DNA of 64,000 bases from Elusimicrobiota bacterium (GCA_041658185.1 JBBAAR010000001.1:44405-108404), one strand, 5' to 3'; shown: positions 8,221-16,280, counted from the stretch's first letter. The notes: generated by a model not told the origin, from the sequence alone. Translations and numbers: made by a program.

Positions 8221-9567
8221 TTATAATTTCTTGATTCTTTCCCAGAACTTTGCCGATAGTTCGCGGGATTGCCGGCAGATTTGTTCTTCGTTTATACCTT
8301 CAAGTTTTTTGTCTTTCATAAGAGTTTTACCGTTGCAGATAACCGTATCCATTGTCGCGTCAACCATTCCGAAAATCAAGTGTCCCAAGAAATTGTCTTT
8401 TGACAACGGTGTCGGCGGCGTATAGTCAAGAACAACCAAATCTGCGGGAGCGCCAACTTCAATTTTTCCCAGCTTTTTTCCGAAAATTATCTCCGAGATT
8501 TTTGAATTGTTCTGCAAAAGCATTTCTGGGGCTTCGCAGAAAGCGACTGTCGGGTCTTTTTTATTGTGACGGTGAATTAAGTAAGCACACCTCATCTGCG
8601 AAAGCATATCTGACGACATCCCGTCCGTGCCAAGCCCAACGGTAATGCCTTTTTTCATCATAGTAAGGACGTCTGCGCAGCCGACCGCATTATTCATATT
8701 GCTTTCGGGATTGTGCACCACATTAGTTTTTGTTTCCTTCATTATATCCATTTCTTTATCGTCTATGTGAATGCAGTGAATGAGTATCGTCTTTTCACCG
8801 AGGGCTCCGAATTTTTTCAGCCGCTCAACGATACGCATTTTGTATTTTTCAACGGAATCCTTTTCGTCAGCCAAGTCCTCGGCGCAATGGATGTGCATGC
8901 CTACATTGTATTTTTTCGCCAAAGCGGCGTGCGCTTCCAATGTGTCATTATTGACGGTAAACGGAGCGTGAAGTCCGACCATACCGGAAATAAGTTCGGG
9001 TTTCTCATTTTTAATTTTTGACAAAAATCTTTCGTTTTCTTCAAGCCCTTCTTTTCCTTTTTTGTACCTGTCTGACGACCCAAAACATAAACATGCGCGA
9101 ATTCCGATTTTTTCAACCGCTTTCTGAATCTCATCAAGCGAACCGATCTGGAATTCCTGCGATTCGTGATGGTCAATGAACGTTGTCGTGCCGTTTTTCA
9201 CGCACTCAATCAAAGGGATTAACGAGGAATAATAAATATCTTCCGCAGTCAAAACCCTGTCAAGTTTCCACCAGAGTTTTTCAAGGACTTCAACAAAGTT
9301 TTTTGCAGGGGTCCCCGGGATATACATCCCGCGGGCGAAAGTGGAATACAAATGGTGGTGCGTGTTGATAAATCCGGGAAGAATTATTCTTTTTTTTGCG
9401 TCAATAATTTTCAGCTGAATTTTATCACCCGATGTCTTGAAAACTCTTGACCTTACCTCGTCCGTCTTGCCTATATCCTTTATGAACCCGTCTTCAAACA
9501 AAACACCGCCGTTTTCAATAACTTCCGACGGCGTAATCACCGTCCCGTTACACAACAAAGTAAGCAT
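8221..9567 (-). CDS. TRZ/ATZ-family amidohydrolase, SsnA-like
   Basis: Metal-binding INTHHHLYSTFARGM, HIHCAED, GLGTDG. Length and layout resemble the SsnA/chlorohydrolase subgroup. Confidence 0.75.
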   Translation of the reverse strand: MLTLLCNGTVITPSEVIENGGVLFEDGFIKDIGKTDEVRSRVFKTSGDKIQLKIIDAKKRIILPGFINTHHHLYSTFARGMYIPGTPAKNFVEVLEKLWWKLDRVLTAEDIYYSSLIPLIECVKNGTTTFIDHHESQEFQIGSLDEIQKAVEKIGIRACLCFGSSDRYKKGKEGLEENERFLSKIKNEKPELISGMVGLHAPFTVNNDTLEAHAALAKKYNVGMHIHCAEDLADEKDSVEKYKMRIVERLKKFGALGEKTILIHCIHIDDKEMDIMKETKTNVVHNPESNMNNAVGCADVLTMMKKGITVGLGTDGMSSDMLSQMRCAYLIHRHNKKDPTVAFCEAPEMLLQNNSKISEIIFGKKLGKIEVGAPADLVVLDYTPPTPLSKDNFLGHLIFGMVDATMDTVICNGKTLMKDKKLEGINEEQICRQSRELSAKFWERIKKL

Positions 9568-9581
9568 AAAACCTCCATAGT

Positions 9582-9607
9582 GAAAAATTGTACCTGTCCC
9601 TTTTTTT
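9582..9607 (+). repeat. REP-type motif GAAAAATTGTACCTGTCCCTTTTTTT (copy a)
   Basis: The same 22-26-nt motif recurs at 37901, 58430 (inverted), 59191 and 61975. Core GTACCTGTCCC at 9590..9600. Confidence 0.8.
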
Positions 9608-9608
9608 C

Positions 9609-9962
9609 CTAATCTTTTATCATTACAAGAAGCATTTTGAATTTTATTTCCGCTTTGAGTGAATGCGGTTTGTTCGCAGGCATAATCACCGTTTCGCCTT
9701 TTTTTGCCGATAGAGGTTTGCCGGAAATTGTAATTTTCACTTTACCGTCAAGAATATAAACCATCGCATCAAACGGAGCGGTATGTTCGCTTAAACCCTG
9801 CCCTTTATCAAATGCGAAAAGCGTTACAGTCCCTGTCTTTTTATTGATGAGAGTGCGGCTTACGACGGAGTTTTTTTGGTAACTTATAAGATTTGCAAGT
9901 TTGAGCGACTTCGCTAAAAGAACTTCTTTTTTTTCATTTGCTTTTTCATTTTCTTTTCTCAT
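9609..9962 (-). CDS. cupin-domain protein
   Basis: Cupin_2 pattern GLSEHTAPFDAMVYILDGKVKITISGKPLSAKKGETVIMPANKPHSLKA. Confidence 0.7.
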   Translation of the reverse strand: MRKENEKANEKKEVLLAKSLKLANLISYQKNSVVSRTLINKKTGTVTLFAFDKGQGLSEHTAPFDAMVYILDGKVKITISGKPLSAKKGETVIMPANKPHSLKAEIKFKMLLVMIKD

Positions 9963-10069
9963 CTATTCTCCCCGACACTTACAAGGGTTATGTGAAGATT
10001 ATGTGAAGCGTCCCTATTTTCTATTTTCCCTTTTATCTTCTTGGAGAAATCAGAGCCGTCCCAATTATA

Positions 10070-10888
10070 TTATTTTAGACTGTTCTTCTTTTTCTCTAAT
10101 TCTATTAGTGCTTCAGTACAACTTTTTCTTACCATTGGGTCTTTATCATTAAGATATTCTGTAAGTATTTCAGATGCGTTTTCCGCTTTTGTATTTGCCA
10201 ATCTTTTTGCAGCCCTGTATCTTAAAGCTCTAATATTTGGATTATTCTCAGTAATTCCTAAAACGTCTACTAATACTGGACCATATTCTTTTTCTTTAAG
10301 CCTCCATGAATCCACAATAACATCCCTTGCCATTAACTTCAATTCTTTATTCTTTGAATAATATGCTGCAACTAATTTATTGGCTTTCAATTTATCATCA
10401 TTTATAGTTTCTATTTTTATTATCTCTTTTAACCCTTCAATGAAACTTTTTTCATTATGTTTTCGTAAATCAATTTTCCCTTGAAGTCCATGAAAAATTA
10501 TCATACCAGGTTCAAGGAAAAGTATTGCGGCTTCACCTGCTTGCGGATAAACAGCTGCTTGACAAGTAAATGGCTCATAAGTATCATTTGTTATTTTATA
10601 ATCTATCTGCAATATCTTTTTATTATAGATTCCTTTTAACACCTCTTTTACTTTATAATTGACATATCTACTATATTTTCTTGCACCACCTTTGGCTTTA
10701 TGACCTGTTTCAAAAGTATCGTAACTATTTGCATATTCTACTAAAACAATTAGATTAGAACGTTCTATTTTTTCTAGTAACGTAAAAATTCTTATCATTG
10801 CAATAATTTGAGTATTTAACAAAAACAAAACTATTGAAATTATTAAAATTCTTTTTTTCATATTATTAAAGTGTTGACTTCTGTTCAA
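10070..10888 (-). CDS. secreted HEAT-repeat protein, function unknown
   Basis: Signal peptide MKKRILIISIVLFLLNTQIIA. C-terminal HEAT/PBS-lyase-like repeats (NPNIRALRYRAAKRLANT, DKDPMVRKSCTEALIELE). Visibly more AT-rich than its neighbours. Confidence 0.6.
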   Translation of the reverse strand: MNRSQHFNNMKKRILIISIVLFLLNTQIIAMIRIFTLLEKIERSNLIVLVEYANSYDTFETGHKAKGGARKYSRYVNYKVKEVLKGIYNKKILQIDYKITNDTYEPFTCQAAVYPQAGEAAILFLEPGMIIFHGLQGKIDLRKHNEKSFIEGLKEIIKIETINDDKLKANKLVAAYYSKNKELKLMARDVIVDSWRLKEKEYGPVLVDVLGITENNPNIRALRYRAAKRLANTKAENASEILTEYLNDKDPMVRKSCTEALIELEKKKNSLK

Positions 10889-10980
10889 TTATGGAGTAAT
10901 CAGGCACAATCCAAAACTAATGATTTTCGCAAAAATCTAAATTTTATTGCTGCGGCTTTTCCGTTCCTCTTTAAATTCCT

Positions 10981-11103
10981 AAGCGAAGCAAGAAATTTGT
11001 AAGGAACCTTGAGGAGCGACTTCGCTTTCAGGAGCGACGAATAGAGCGAAATCCGACAGGGCGGTCGGATGAGCGTTTCCGACAAATTTGCTTGCGAGCG
11101 ACC
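10981..11103 (-). repeat. family-R intercistronic structured element, copy R3
   Basis: Shares the blocks TCGCTCG / GAAACGCTC(A/G)TC / (G/A)AGGTTC / ACAA / TTCGCT with 16167..16280 and 16601..16710. It starts 1 nt after the stop codon of the pseudo 3' end at 11105. Confidence 0.7.
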
Positions 11104-11104
11104 G

Positions 11105-11326
11105 TTAATCCTCTTTCAGGGCGGATTTTTCTGCGAAAGTTCTGTCGCGCATTGACAAAGCACCCGAGAAACATTTTTGGACGCAAATGCTGCAGCATAT
11201 ACATTTTTCCGCATCTGTCACAGGATGTTTGTCTTTATCAAGCGAGATTGACTGATACGGACACCTTGAACAATTACCGCAAATGAGATATATATCCGTA
11301 TTGCAATTTGTGATATCCGATTTTCT
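11105..11326 (-). pseudogene. displaced, diverged copy of the last ~73 codons (2x[4Fe-4S] tail) of the DPD-like gene
   Basis: Translates (minus) to RKSDITNCNTDIYLICGNCSRCPYQSISLDKDKHPVTDAEKCICCSICVQKCFSGALSMRDRTFAEKSALKED*. The intact gene reads ...KKISSCDTDVCLICGNCSRCPYQSISLDKDKHPVTDAEKCIGCSICVQKCFSGALSMRDRTPEEKSALKED*. There is no upstream coding continuation. Confidence 0.8.
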
Positions 11327-11848
11327 TTATCCCAAAAATCCTTTTATCTGCTTACGCGGTATTTGTAGTGGTTCAGGAGGATTTAATAAATTTTGTAGCA
11401 TTCTAAAAATATATTTTATCTGTGCGTCGTGTTCCTCAATTTTTTTCTGTAATTCTTTGTGGGTCACTAAAAATTCCCTTAATTTTACAAATGTTCTCAT
11501 AATTTGAATGTTCACTTGTATTGCTTTATTACTGTTTAATACACTTGAAAGCATAAGAATACCGTGTTCTGTAAAAACAAAAGGTTTATATCTTAAACCT
11601 TTTTTATCAGATTTGGAGGTGACAAATTGGCACCTCCAATTTGCAAATTCTTTTTCTGATAGTTCAAACATAAAATCAATAGGGAAGCGTTCTATATTCC
11701 TTCGCACCTGTCTTTTTAAGTATTTTACCTCAACTCCATACAACTCTGCTAAATCTCTGTCAAGCATTACTTTTTTGTCTCTGATTAATAAGATTTTACT
11801 TCCAATACGGTCTTCTGGAATACTGATTATTGAATTTTTCTTTTCCAT
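11327..11848 (-). CDS. ORF6N-domain (KilA-N-related) DNA-binding protein; inserted accessory gene
   Basis: ILLIRDKKVMLDRDLAELYGVEVKYLKRQVRRNIERFPIDFMFELS...KPFVFTEHGILMLSSVLNSNKAIQVNIQIMRTFVKLRE is the characteristic ORF6N pattern. Confidence 0.8.
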   Translation of the reverse strand: MEKKNSIISIPEDRIGSKILLIRDKKVMLDRDLAELYGVEVKYLKRQVRRNIERFPIDFMFELSEKEFANWRCQFVTSKSDKKGLRYKPFVFTEHGILMLSSVLNSNKAIQVNIQIMRTFVKLREFLVTHKELQKKIEEHDAQIKYIFRMLQNLLNPPEPLQIPRKQIKGFLG

Positions 11849-11919
11849 ATAATTTTATTTTACGATTTTTGACAAAAAAATCAAGACCGCTACAATTCGT
11901 GGATTTACATCCGCCGCTA

Positions 11920-14424
11920 CTAATCCTCTTTCAGGGCGGATTTTTCTTCGGGAGTTCTGTCGCGCATTGACAAAGCACCCGAGAAACATTTCTGGACACA
12001 GATGCTGCATCCGATACATTTTTCCGCATCTGTCACAGGATGTTTGTCTTTATCAAGCGAGATTGACTGATACGGACATCTTGAACAATTACCGCAGATA
12101 AGACACACATCCGTATCGCAGGATGAGATTTTTTTCACGGGCGTCAAATCCATAAAACCGGTAATCGGTTTCGGCAGCGCAATACCAATCAATTCTTTCA
12201 TTGATTTTATTCCGCGCTCTTTCATCAGGTAACTGGTGCCGTTGACAAGTTCATCAAAAACTCCGTAACCGTGTTTGGTTACAATGGTGCAGAACTGGAC
12301 CGTTTTTACTCCGAGCGCAAGAAAATTCATCGCCGATTTGTAATCCATAGGACCGCCGTTGCCGGAAACCGCAACACCCAAAGAAGATACGCTTGCAAGC
12401 GTGAGATAACTTATCGGAGTTACCCCGTCGCCGCTCATACCGACGACAATGCCTTCTTCCCATTCCTTTTTATTGCCCGGTCTGAAACACATCGTCGGAA
12501 AAGTATTCGCCAGAGTTATTCCGGCTTTTTTGTTCGGATATTTAGCAAAAACTTTTTTGATAGCATTCGCAATCGGGACTATGGACGTAACCGCAGCCGT
12601 AAGTTTGAAAAGTTTCGGGATTTCCGGGTCGCCGACCTCCATCACCCAGTCAATTATTTTTGCAGTCAGCGCGGCATTCTGCGAAACAATGTCGCCCTCA
12701 GTTCCGTCACCGCCCTGCGGGCAGGAAAGCGAATATTCTATTCCCATAACGCCGGACGCCTCAAGTTTTTTTGTATTTGACTGCCAGCCCTTTTTATCAT
12801 TTTCATCATTGCCGGTAACAGGCCCGCCGGTTGAAGCCATCGTCAGACGGTCGGGATATTCTTTAACCAGTTTTTGAATTTCCTTTACCACCCTGTCAAG
12901 ATGATGACCCGAAACATTGTCGCAGTTCCCGTAAGTCAAATCATTGAAAGCATGCATATATTCGCCGGGGATGTGAATAGGCACGTTGTCAAACGAGGTC
13001 TTCATTATGCCGCCCGACCAACCCGCTTCGTACGCTTTTTTCATCTGGTCGTAACCATCGGAAGGAGGTGCTGCGGAAAGCAAAAACGGCGTTGAAATTT
13101 TTCTGCCGAAAAAGTCGGTTTCAAGAGACACAGGAATTTGCGTGTACCCCTTCAGCACAACATCGCTTTTCACTTTATTTTTGAAAACAGGTTTTTTCAA
13201 CCCATTGATGTATGCATCAATTTCCACTGCCGTATTTTTTCCTGCGGCAGTCGCTTCCACGACGGTAGTCGGACCCTGTACGGAATCGCCGGCATAAAAT
13301 ACGGATGGGTTATCTGATTTTTCCTTTTTAGAACGAGCACCGATTGCAATTATTACCGTTGATACATCGTTTCTGACCTGATTTGTGCCCGGCACTTCTT
13401 TTATATCTTTGAGATTAAATTTTACGCCTTTTGGAAGCGAAACTTTTACCGTCTCAAGACCTGAAATATCTTTGCCTTTTTTAAGAATTGCCGTAACCCG
13501 CGTCCTTCCCGTTATTTCAATATTGTTTTCAAGAAGTTCATTCATCTCTCTGGGCGTCAGCGGCATTTCGCCGACAGTTTCCAGAGCGAGCATTTCAACA
13601 TTTGACGCGCCGCCTGCGGATTTCGCTGTCATCGCAGCGTCTGCGGCAGTCGCGCCGCCGCCGATAACCGCAACCTTGCCTTTAAGTTTATATTTTTTCG
13701 GATTTTTCAGATAATCCAATCCGACAATTGCAAGGTCTTCATTTTCAATACCCGCTTTTATCGGCTCGGTAAGACCTGTTGCCGCAAGAACTGCGTCATA
13801 GCCTTTTTTTAACAGTGTTTCCAGATTTTCTATCTCTGAATTTAATTTTATGTTTATATCGCCGAGTGTTGTCAGGAATTTTAGATCCTCTTTAAGCATC
13901 TTTTTTTCTAACCGGTATTCGGGAATCAGATTGCTCATTCCGCCTGCAAAATTTTCTTTTTCATAAATGTCAACTTTATAGCCGAGAGAACCGAGAACGG
14001 ACGCAGCGCCCAAACCGGCAGGTCCCGAACCTATTATCGCAACTTTTTTCCCGTTCGGTTTCGGCTTGGAAAATTCAGCGAGCCCGCCCAACTCCCTGGC
14101 TTTTTTTACAATTGTCGCCTGGACGGCAGGAATATTCACCGCAGAATCAAATTTTTTATGAACGCAGGCGGCAACACAAAACCTGTCGGGGCAGACCATG
14201 CCGCAGACGCCGCCGAACGGATTGTTTTTCATTATTTGGGCGGCAGACCTTTTTATATCCGAATTGCCGAAAACCCTTGCAGCCATAATAAAATCAGCCG
14301 CCGAACAGTCGCAGGGACACTTCTCCTTGCAGGGTTTCTCCTCGCAGAACTCGCATTTCGCAAATTCATTTTTTAATTGCGCATCCGTCAAAAAAAGCCC
14401 GTCATAAACAGATTTTTCAGCCAT
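11920..14424 (-). CDS. dihydropyrimidine dehydrogenase-like fusion (GltD/PreT-like FAD/NADPH module + PreA/DHODH-like FMN barrel + 2x[4Fe-4S])
   Basis: N-terminal Cys cluster CEFCEEKPCKEKCPCDC. Dinucleotide folds VAIIGSGPAGLGAA and VAVIGGGATAADAA. FMN domain PFLLSAAPPSDGYDQMKKAYEAGWSGGIMKTSF and LSCPQGGDG. C-terminal CLICGNCSRCP ... CIGCSICVQKC. Confidence 0.85.
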   Translation of the reverse strand: MAEKSVYDGLFLTDAQLKNEFAKCEFCEEKPCKEKCPCDCSAADFIMAARVFGNSDIKRSAAQIMKNNPFGGVCGMVCPDRFCVAACVHKKFDSAVNIPAVQATIVKKARELGGLAEFSKPKPNGKKVAIIGSGPAGLGAASVLGSLGYKVDIYEKENFAGGMSNLIPEYRLEKKMLKEDLKFLTTLGDINIKLNSEIENLETLLKKGYDAVLAATGLTEPIKAGIENEDLAIVGLDYLKNPKKYKLKGKVAVIGGGATAADAAMTAKSAGGASNVEMLALETVGEMPLTPREMNELLENNIEITGRTRVTAILKKGKDISGLETVKVSLPKGVKFNLKDIKEVPGTNQVRNDVSTVIIAIGARSKKEKSDNPSVFYAGDSVQGPTTVVEATAAGKNTAVEIDAYINGLKKPVFKNKVKSDVVLKGYTQIPVSLETDFFGRKISTPFLLSAAPPSDGYDQMKKAYEAGWSGGIMKTSFDNVPIHIPGEYMHAFNDLTYGNCDNVSGHHLDRVVKEIQKLVKEYPDRLTMASTGGPVTGNDENDKKGWQSNTKKLEASGVMGIEYSLSCPQGGDGTEGDIVSQNAALTAKIIDWVMEVGDPEIPKLFKLTAAVTSIVPIANAIKKVFAKYPNKKAGITLANTFPTMCFRPGNKKEWEEGIVVGMSGDGVTPISYLTLASVSSLGVAVSGNGGPMDYKSAMNFLALGVKTVQFCTIVTKHGYGVFDELVNGTSYLMKERGIKSMKELIGIALPKPITGFMDLTPVKKISSCDTDVCLICGNCSRCPYQSISLDKDKHPVTDAEKCIGCSICVQKCFSGALSMRDRTPEEKSALKED

Positions 14425-14436
14425 CTTCTTCTCCTC

Positions 14437-15789
14437 CTATCTTTTTAAAAATTTTCCGTAACTGCTAACCGACGTAAATTTGCCGTTATCATAAATTATT
14501 TTTCCGCGAAGCAGCGTCATAACCGTTTTGCCCGTGATTTTCATATTCTGATAAGGACTCCAGCCGCAGTTTGTATTAAGTTTTTTGTAATCAATCCGCC
14601 ACTTTACCTTCGGGTCAAAAATTGTTAAATCGGCATCGCTTCCGATTTTTATGCAGCCCTTTTTAGGATACAGCCTGAAAATTTTTGCGGGGTTTTGAGA
14701 TGTCACTTCCGTAAGTTTTTTCAGCGTTATTCTTTTTTTCACAACGCCTTCCGAAAATAAAATCGGAAACGATGTTTCAACCCCGGGCATACCGAACCTT
14801 AAATTCCTGAAATCATTTTTTGCTTTCTGCTTATCTTTTTTTGAAAATGCGCAGTGGTCGGTTGCAACCGTTTTCACGGTATCGTTTTTCAGACCGTCCC
14901 ACAACGCTTTATTATCAGACGGTAATTTCACCGGCGGACAGGTCGCAAAAAGATAACCGTCTTTTTTTTCGAAAACATTTTTATTCAGGACAAGATACTG
15001 CGGACAGGTTTCAATAATAACTTTAACGCCTTTTTTTCTCGCGGTCTCGGCAATTTTTACAGCGCCTTCCGTAGTCGTATGAACAACATAAAGATTTCCA
15101 TTAGATTTTTCAGCAAGAAATACCGCGTGATTTACTGCTTCTTCTTCCGCAATGTTCGGTCTTGTGTAATAAAAATTTGAAACGACCGTTTTTTTACAGT
15201 CAACAAAACTTTTAATAAATCCGTCTATAAGAGGGCTGCTTTCGGCATGAACTTCTATAAGTGCCGAAAATCTTTTTGACGCTTCCAAAATTTTCAGCAA
15301 CTCGTAATCGCCGACGCCCCAACCTTCCGTTTTCGGCATAAAAACCTTAAATGATGTGATGCCGTATTTTACAAGTTTTTTAAAATCGCTTTGACTCTGA
15401 TTGTTCCAGTTGACGATTTGCGAATGGAAAGAATAATCAATATATGATTTTTTGGCTTCAATCTTGCGGCGGGTCAGCGATTCAAACATCGTCTCGTTTT
15501 TTAGAGGAATTGCATAATCAATAACTGTTGTAACTCCGCCGGCAGCAGCGGATTTAGTTCCGCTTAAAAAATCATCCGAAGTTCTTGAACCATATGCTTT
15601 AAGACCAAAATGGGTATGGGCATCTATAACACCGGGGAAAATATATTTATTTCTTGCATCTATAATTTTGCAATTTTTCAGGAATTGGATTTTTCCGATT
15701 TTTGCAATTTTTTCACCGGATATAAAAATATCCGCATTAAATATTTTGTCAGCGGTTATAATTGTTCCGTTTTTTATAAGAAGGTTCAT
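14437..15789 (-). CDS. dihydropyrimidinase / D-hydantoinase
   Basis: Cyclic amidohydrolase signature PGVIDAHTHF, SFKVFM (carboxylated-Lys region), EVHAE, VVHTTT, ATDHCAF. Confidence 0.85.
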   Translation of the reverse strand: MNLLIKNGTIITADKIFNADIFISGEKIAKIGKIQFLKNCKIIDARNKYIFPGVIDAHTHFGLKAYGSRTSDDFLSGTKSAAAGGVTTVIDYAIPLKNETMFESLTRRKIEAKKSYIDYSFHSQIVNWNNQSQSDFKKLVKYGITSFKVFMPKTEGWGVGDYELLKILEASKRFSALIEVHAESSPLIDGFIKSFVDCKKTVVSNFYYTRPNIAEEEAVNHAVFLAEKSNGNLYVVHTTTEGAVKIAETARKKGVKVIIETCPQYLVLNKNVFEKKDGYLFATCPPVKLPSDNKALWDGLKNDTVKTVATDHCAFSKKDKQKAKNDFRNLRFGMPGVETSFPILFSEGVVKKRITLKKLTEVTSQNPAKIFRLYPKKGCIKIGSDADLTIFDPKVKWRIDYKKLNTNCGWSPYQNMKITGKTVMTLLRGKIIYDNGKFTSVSSYGKFLKR

Positions 15790-15791
15790 TT

Positions 15792-16145
15792 TTATTTTTT
15801 TAGGGGTCTGTTTTTTTCGTCGAGAAAAACAATCTTCGGTTTGTATTTTTTTGCTCTTTCTTCTTCAACAAACTCATTTGAAATAATTATAAGCTCGTCG
15901 CCGACTTCGCCGAGACGGGCAGCGCCGCCGTTCAACTCAATGCATCCCGAGTTTTTTTTACCGACAAGCACATATGTCTCAAATCTGGCGCCGGTGGTTT
16001 TGTTAACGACCAGCACGATTTCATAAGGATAGATATCGGCAAGGTCCATAAGGTTTCTGTCAATTTTTATGGAACCGAGATAATTCAGATTTTTGCCCGT
16101 AATTTTTGCCAACTGTATTTTTGACTTTGCCATCATTCTGAACAT
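15792..16145 (-). CDS. panD: aspartate 1-decarboxylase
   Basis: MFRMMAKSKIQLAKITGKNLNYLGSIKID carries the Gly-Ser self-cleavage site. 117 aa. Stop is 2 nt from the dihydropyrimidinase start. Confidence 0.9.
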   Translation of the reverse strand: MFRMMAKSKIQLAKITGKNLNYLGSIKIDRNLMDLADIYPYEIVLVVNKTTGARFETYVLVGKKNSGCIELNGGAARLGEVGDELIIISNEFVEEERAKKYKPKIVFLDEKNRPLKK

Positions 16146-16166
16146 TTTATCACCCCTTTAATAATA

Positions 16167-16280
16167 AGCGAGGGAGTTGTTGAGCAGAACCTCACGGAGT
16201 TCCGCATTCGCATTCAGCGGAACGAGTGAGAGCCCGCCTGCAGAGACGAGGCGTTTCTGCAAGACAATTCCCGAGCGACT
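16167..16280 (-). repeat. family-R intercistronic structured element, copy R1
   Basis: Starts inside the stop codon of the upstream gene (TAGtcgctcgg). Hairpin TGCAGA-aacgcctcg-TCTGCA. Closing helix gggaattgt/acaactccc. Confidence 0.7.

Noticed and set aside
10900-11507. Track ORFs 10900..11085 (-), 11092..11286 (+) and 11283..11507 (+).
   Set aside because: They coincide with the family-R element R3, the displaced DPD 3' remnant and the antisense strand of the ORF6N gene. The repeat/pseudogene interpretation explains the sequence better than new genes do.
11105-11848. Read-through fusion of ORF6N with the in-frame [4Fe-4S] remnant as a functional product.
   Set aside because: The shared frame is more simply explained by the insertion junction lying within the old reading frame. 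A TAA stop separates the two, and no recoding signal is evident.
8221-15789. Calling the locus a selenium-dependent molybdenum hydroxylase system.
   Set aside because: SsnA-like, hydantoinase and YgfK/DPD-like markers are present. However, selD, yqeB and yqeC are not in the window, and I saw no in-frame TGA codons suggesting selenoproteins. It is mentioned only as context.
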